From a virus, in IMG/VR virus record IMGVR_UViG_3300045988_070117, positions 1 through 41,267 of that record: a DNA stretch of 41,267 bases, one strand, 5' to 3'. A program made the translations under genes and the position numbers. The notes beneath the pieces were generated by a model. The model saw nothing but the letters and a program-made list of their open reading frames with translations, made no database searches and had not been told where the DNA came from. This document shows positions 38,930 through 41,267 of this stretch, piece by piece (position 1 is the stretch's first letter; each line of letters opens with the position of its first letter).

Positions 38930-41206
38930 ATGGCGAACTACGATAAAATTCCGGCAGAGCTGAAAGCCCTCCCGAACTGGGTGAGCTGGAAGCTCGTGCC
39001 GGACCCCGACAGGGGTAAGCCCCGGAAGGTTCCCTATGATCCGCGCTCCGGAGAACCGGCGAGGTCAAACGACCCGTCGACGTGGTGCGGGTTTGACATC
39101 GCCTCGACCGCCGAAGGCTATGACGGCATAGGCTTCATGTTCTCGAACAGCCCATATTTCGGTGTGGATATCGACGGCGTGACGGATGAAATTGACAGAT
39201 ATATGCAAGGTGAACCCGGATTGCTCGCGGATTTCGTTGATACTCTCCAAAGCTACACGGAAATCTCGACGTCCGGCGGCGGCATACATATCATCTGCCG
39301 CGGCACTCTCCCTCCACATGGGCGGAGGCGCGAGAACATCGAAATGTACGAGGACGGCAGGTTCTTCGTGATGACCGGCAGATCGGCGTCTCAGTACCCG
39401 GACGTCTCCGAGTGCACCGAGACAATCAAGACCCTTCACGAGCAGTATATAGGAGGCGGCACAACCCCCGCAGAAGCCCCGCTCGAAGCCCCCGCCTCCT
39501 GCCCGGATTCCATAGACGACATACTCGCCGCGATTCAGCGGTCGGCGTCGGCGGACAAGTTCTTCCGGCTCTGGCACGGAGATTGCACCGGCTACCCGTC
39601 ACAGTCTGAGGCGGATATGGCGCTGTGCAACCACCTCGCGTTCTGGTGCAGGTGCGACGCCGCGAAGATGGACGCCATGTTCCGGCAGTCGGGGCTCATG
39701 CGTGAGAAGTGGGACAGACAGCAGGCAGGAAGCACCTACGGGATATTCACGATTCAGAAAGCTATCGCCGGGTGCTCGAAAGTCTACACCCCCTCTGAGA
39801 GGCTCCATGACGTCGCAGGAGCATATGTAACCATCGGGGGGACATCTACCCCTAAGATGTACTCATTCGATGATATGGGCAACGCTGAGCGCTTCTGCGA
39901 CTATTTCGGCGGGTTCATCAGATACTCGTACGTAGATAAGCGCTGGCTGTACTATGATCGCCGCAAGTGGGTATCAGACCGCGGCGGCGAAATCGAAAAG
40001 GCGGCTGAGCGGTCAATCCAGATGATGGACGCCGAAGCACAGCTGTATGACACCGGCGACCCGGAGAACCCGAGTGACGAATTCAAAGCGTTCCAGAAGT
40101 GGCGGAAACGAAGCCGGTCAAGCGCGACTAAGAAAGCTATGCTTGAAGAGCTGCATCATCATCTCCCGATTCTGCCGGAACAGACAGACACCGACACAAC
40201 GCTTCTGAACGCCGTCAACGGCTATATCAACCTCGAGAGCGGCAGGCTGTTTGAGCATGAAGCCGACCGGTACATGACGAAAATCGTTCCGGTTGAGTAC
40301 GACCCGGAGGCTGAATGCCCGACGTGGCTGACGTTCCTCGACACGGTATTCGCCGGTGATGAAGACCTCATAAGGTACATCCAGAAAGCCGTCGGTTACT
40401 CGCTGTCCGGCGACACGTCAGAACAGTGTGTGTTTTTCCTCTACGGCTCAGGATCGAACGGCAAATCGACGTTTCTGTCCACAGTCAGGCAGATATGCGG
40501 AGACTACGCTGCAAACGTGCAGCCCGAAACGATCATGGTCAAGCCGTCCTCGGGCGGCGGAGCGAACAGCGACATTGCCCGGCTGAAATCCGCACGGTTT
40601 GTGACTTCCGTCGAGCCCAACGAAGGAATGCGGCTGAACGAGGGACTGATAAAGCAGCTTTCCGGCGAAGACCCTGTGACGGCGCGAAAGCTCTACGGCG
40701 ACGAATTCGAGTTCATGCCGGAGTTCAAGCTCTGGATGGGGACGAACCATAAGCCGATCATCCGCGGCACCGACACCGGTATCTGGCGGCGTGTGCACAT
40801 GATCCCGTTCACGGTTTGTATCCCGGACGACAAGAAGGACAAGCAGCTCCCCGGCAAGCTGAGGAGAGAGCTGCCCGGAATCCTTGCCTGGGCTGTGCGC
40901 GGCTATCAACTGTACAAGCAGGACGAAGGGCTTAAAATGCCCGCCGCCGTATATCAGGCTGTGGCAGAGTACCGACACGAGATGGACAGCATTTCGCAGT
41001 TCCTCGAAGAGTGTACAGAGCCCGGCGGAGATGTACCGGCGAATATGCTGTACGCGGCGTATAAAGACTGGGCGAGAAGCGGCGAACAGTATGTGCATAC
41101 GAGTACGAAGTTCGGTATGGAAGTCTCGAAGCAATACCAAAAGATTAAAGGCGAACGAGGTGCGAAATATATCGGGATTCATTTGAATCATCGTTTCGAC
41201 GGCTGA
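38930..41206 (+). CDS. DNA primase-helicase (Prim-Pol N-terminus, PriCT-2-like, D5_N, P4/D5-type SF3 helicase)
   Basis: LPNWVSWK...GIGFMF...FGVDIDG marks the Prim-Pol part. SQSEADMALCNHLAFW...REKWDR is PriCT-2-like. Walker A is LYGSGSNGKST. Confidence 0.9.
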   Translation: MANYDKIPAELKALPNWVSWKLVPDPDRGKPRKVPYDPRSGEPARSNDPSTWCGFDIASTAEGYDGIGFMFSNSPYFGVDIDGVTDEIDRYMQGEPGLLADFVDTLQSYTEISTSGGGIHIICRGTLPPHGRRRENIEMYEDGRFFVMTGRSASQYPDVSECTETIKTLHEQYIGGGTTPAEAPLEAPASCPDSIDDILAAIQRSASADKFFRLWHGDCTGYPSQSEADMALCNHLAFWCRCDAAKMDAMFRQSGLMREKWDRQQAGSTYGIFTIQKAIAGCSKVYTPSERLHDVAGAYVTIGGTSTPKMYSFDDMGNAERFCDYFGGFIRYSYVDKRWLYYDRRKWVSDRGGEIEKAAERSIQMMDAEAQLYDTGDPENPSDEFKAFQKWRKRSRSSATKKAMLEELHHHLPILPEQTDTDTTLLNAVNGYINLESGRLFEHEADRYMTKIVPVEYDPEAECPTWLTFLDTVFAGDEDLIRYIQKAVGYSLSGDTSEQCVFFLYGSGSNGKSTFLSTVRQICGDYAANVQPETIMVKPSSGGGANSDIARLKSARFVTSVEPNEGMRLNEGLIKQLSGEDPVTARKLYGDEFEFMPEFKLWMGTNHKPIIRGTDTGIWRRVHMIPFTVCIPDDKKDKQLPGKLRRELPGILAWAVRGYQLYKQDEGLKMPAAVYQAVAEYRHEMDSISQFLEECTEPGGDVPANMLYAAYKDWARSGEQYVHTSTKFGMEVSKQYQKIKGERGAKYIGIHLNHRFDG

Positions 41207-41267
41207 CGACCCTGACGACCCTGACGGCTTTTATACCTTTACGCTATGAAAAAAAAAAAAAAAAAAT
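41149..41267. repeat. Terminal direct repeat, right copy (identical to 1-119)
   Basis: Same comparison as for the left copy. Confidence 0.95.

Larger units (their letters stand above)
1..41267. mobile_element. Complete temperate tailed-phage (siphovirus-type) genome, closed circle, 41148 bp unique
   Basis: Packaging, head, tail, lysis, lysogeny and replication modules all lie on one contig. There is an exact 119-nt terminal overlap, plus an integrase and two XRE-type repressor genes. Confidence 0.85.

Noticed and set aside
40448-41191. 247-aa minus-strand ORF
   Set aside because: It is antisense to the helicase part of the primase-helicase gene (Walker A in the plus frame).

Overview
The window is a complete, circularly closed genome of a temperate siphovirus-type phage. 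It has 41148 bp of unique sequence: nt 1-119 recur exactly at 41149-41267, so the primase-helicase CDS ending at 41206 also ends at nt 58. The host is probably Gram-positive (Bacillota-like) with fairly high G+C, judged by eye and not computed. The supporting signals are GGAGG-type ribosome-binding sites, repeated TTGACA-17-TGnTATAAT promoters, a lipobox lipoprotein, a GH25+SH3 endolysin and an LL-H-type holin. Layout, mostly on the + strand: a putative ori (54-165). Then early/middle genes (213-3077), including an orphan Dam-type methyltransferase, two tandem Zn-ribbon paralogues and a sigma-region-4-like late regulator. Then terS, terL, portal, MuF/gp7, scaffold, capsid, connectors, tail tube, chaperones, tape measure and distal tail/fibre genes (3272-22793), followed by lysis genes (22968-24308). 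Next is a ~3.7 kb accessory region made of three separately promoted units (24579-28272). Then attP/integrase and a two-switch lysogeny module on the - strand (28271-31516). Last is a replication/recombination module (31578-41206), interrupted by one reverse-oriented, A/T-richer PIN-like gene. I saw no tRNA, rRNA or CRISPR array. The best candidates for new biology are: (1) a promoter-to-terminator cassette nested inside the MuF head-morphogenesis gene, carrying an unknown C-terminal module plus a 64-aa partner ORF (toxin/immunity-like); (2) a five-gene post-lysis operon encoding Cys-rich membrane, BclA-C-terminal-like and unknown proteins; (3) a free-standing ~95-nt sRNA unit; (4) an acr-aca-like operon of two very acidic proteins plus an RHH protein; (5) a face-to-face pair of consensus promoters forming a second genetic switch; (6) a late promoter that fires directly into a terminator. 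All family assignments come from motif recognition by eye. No searches were run.
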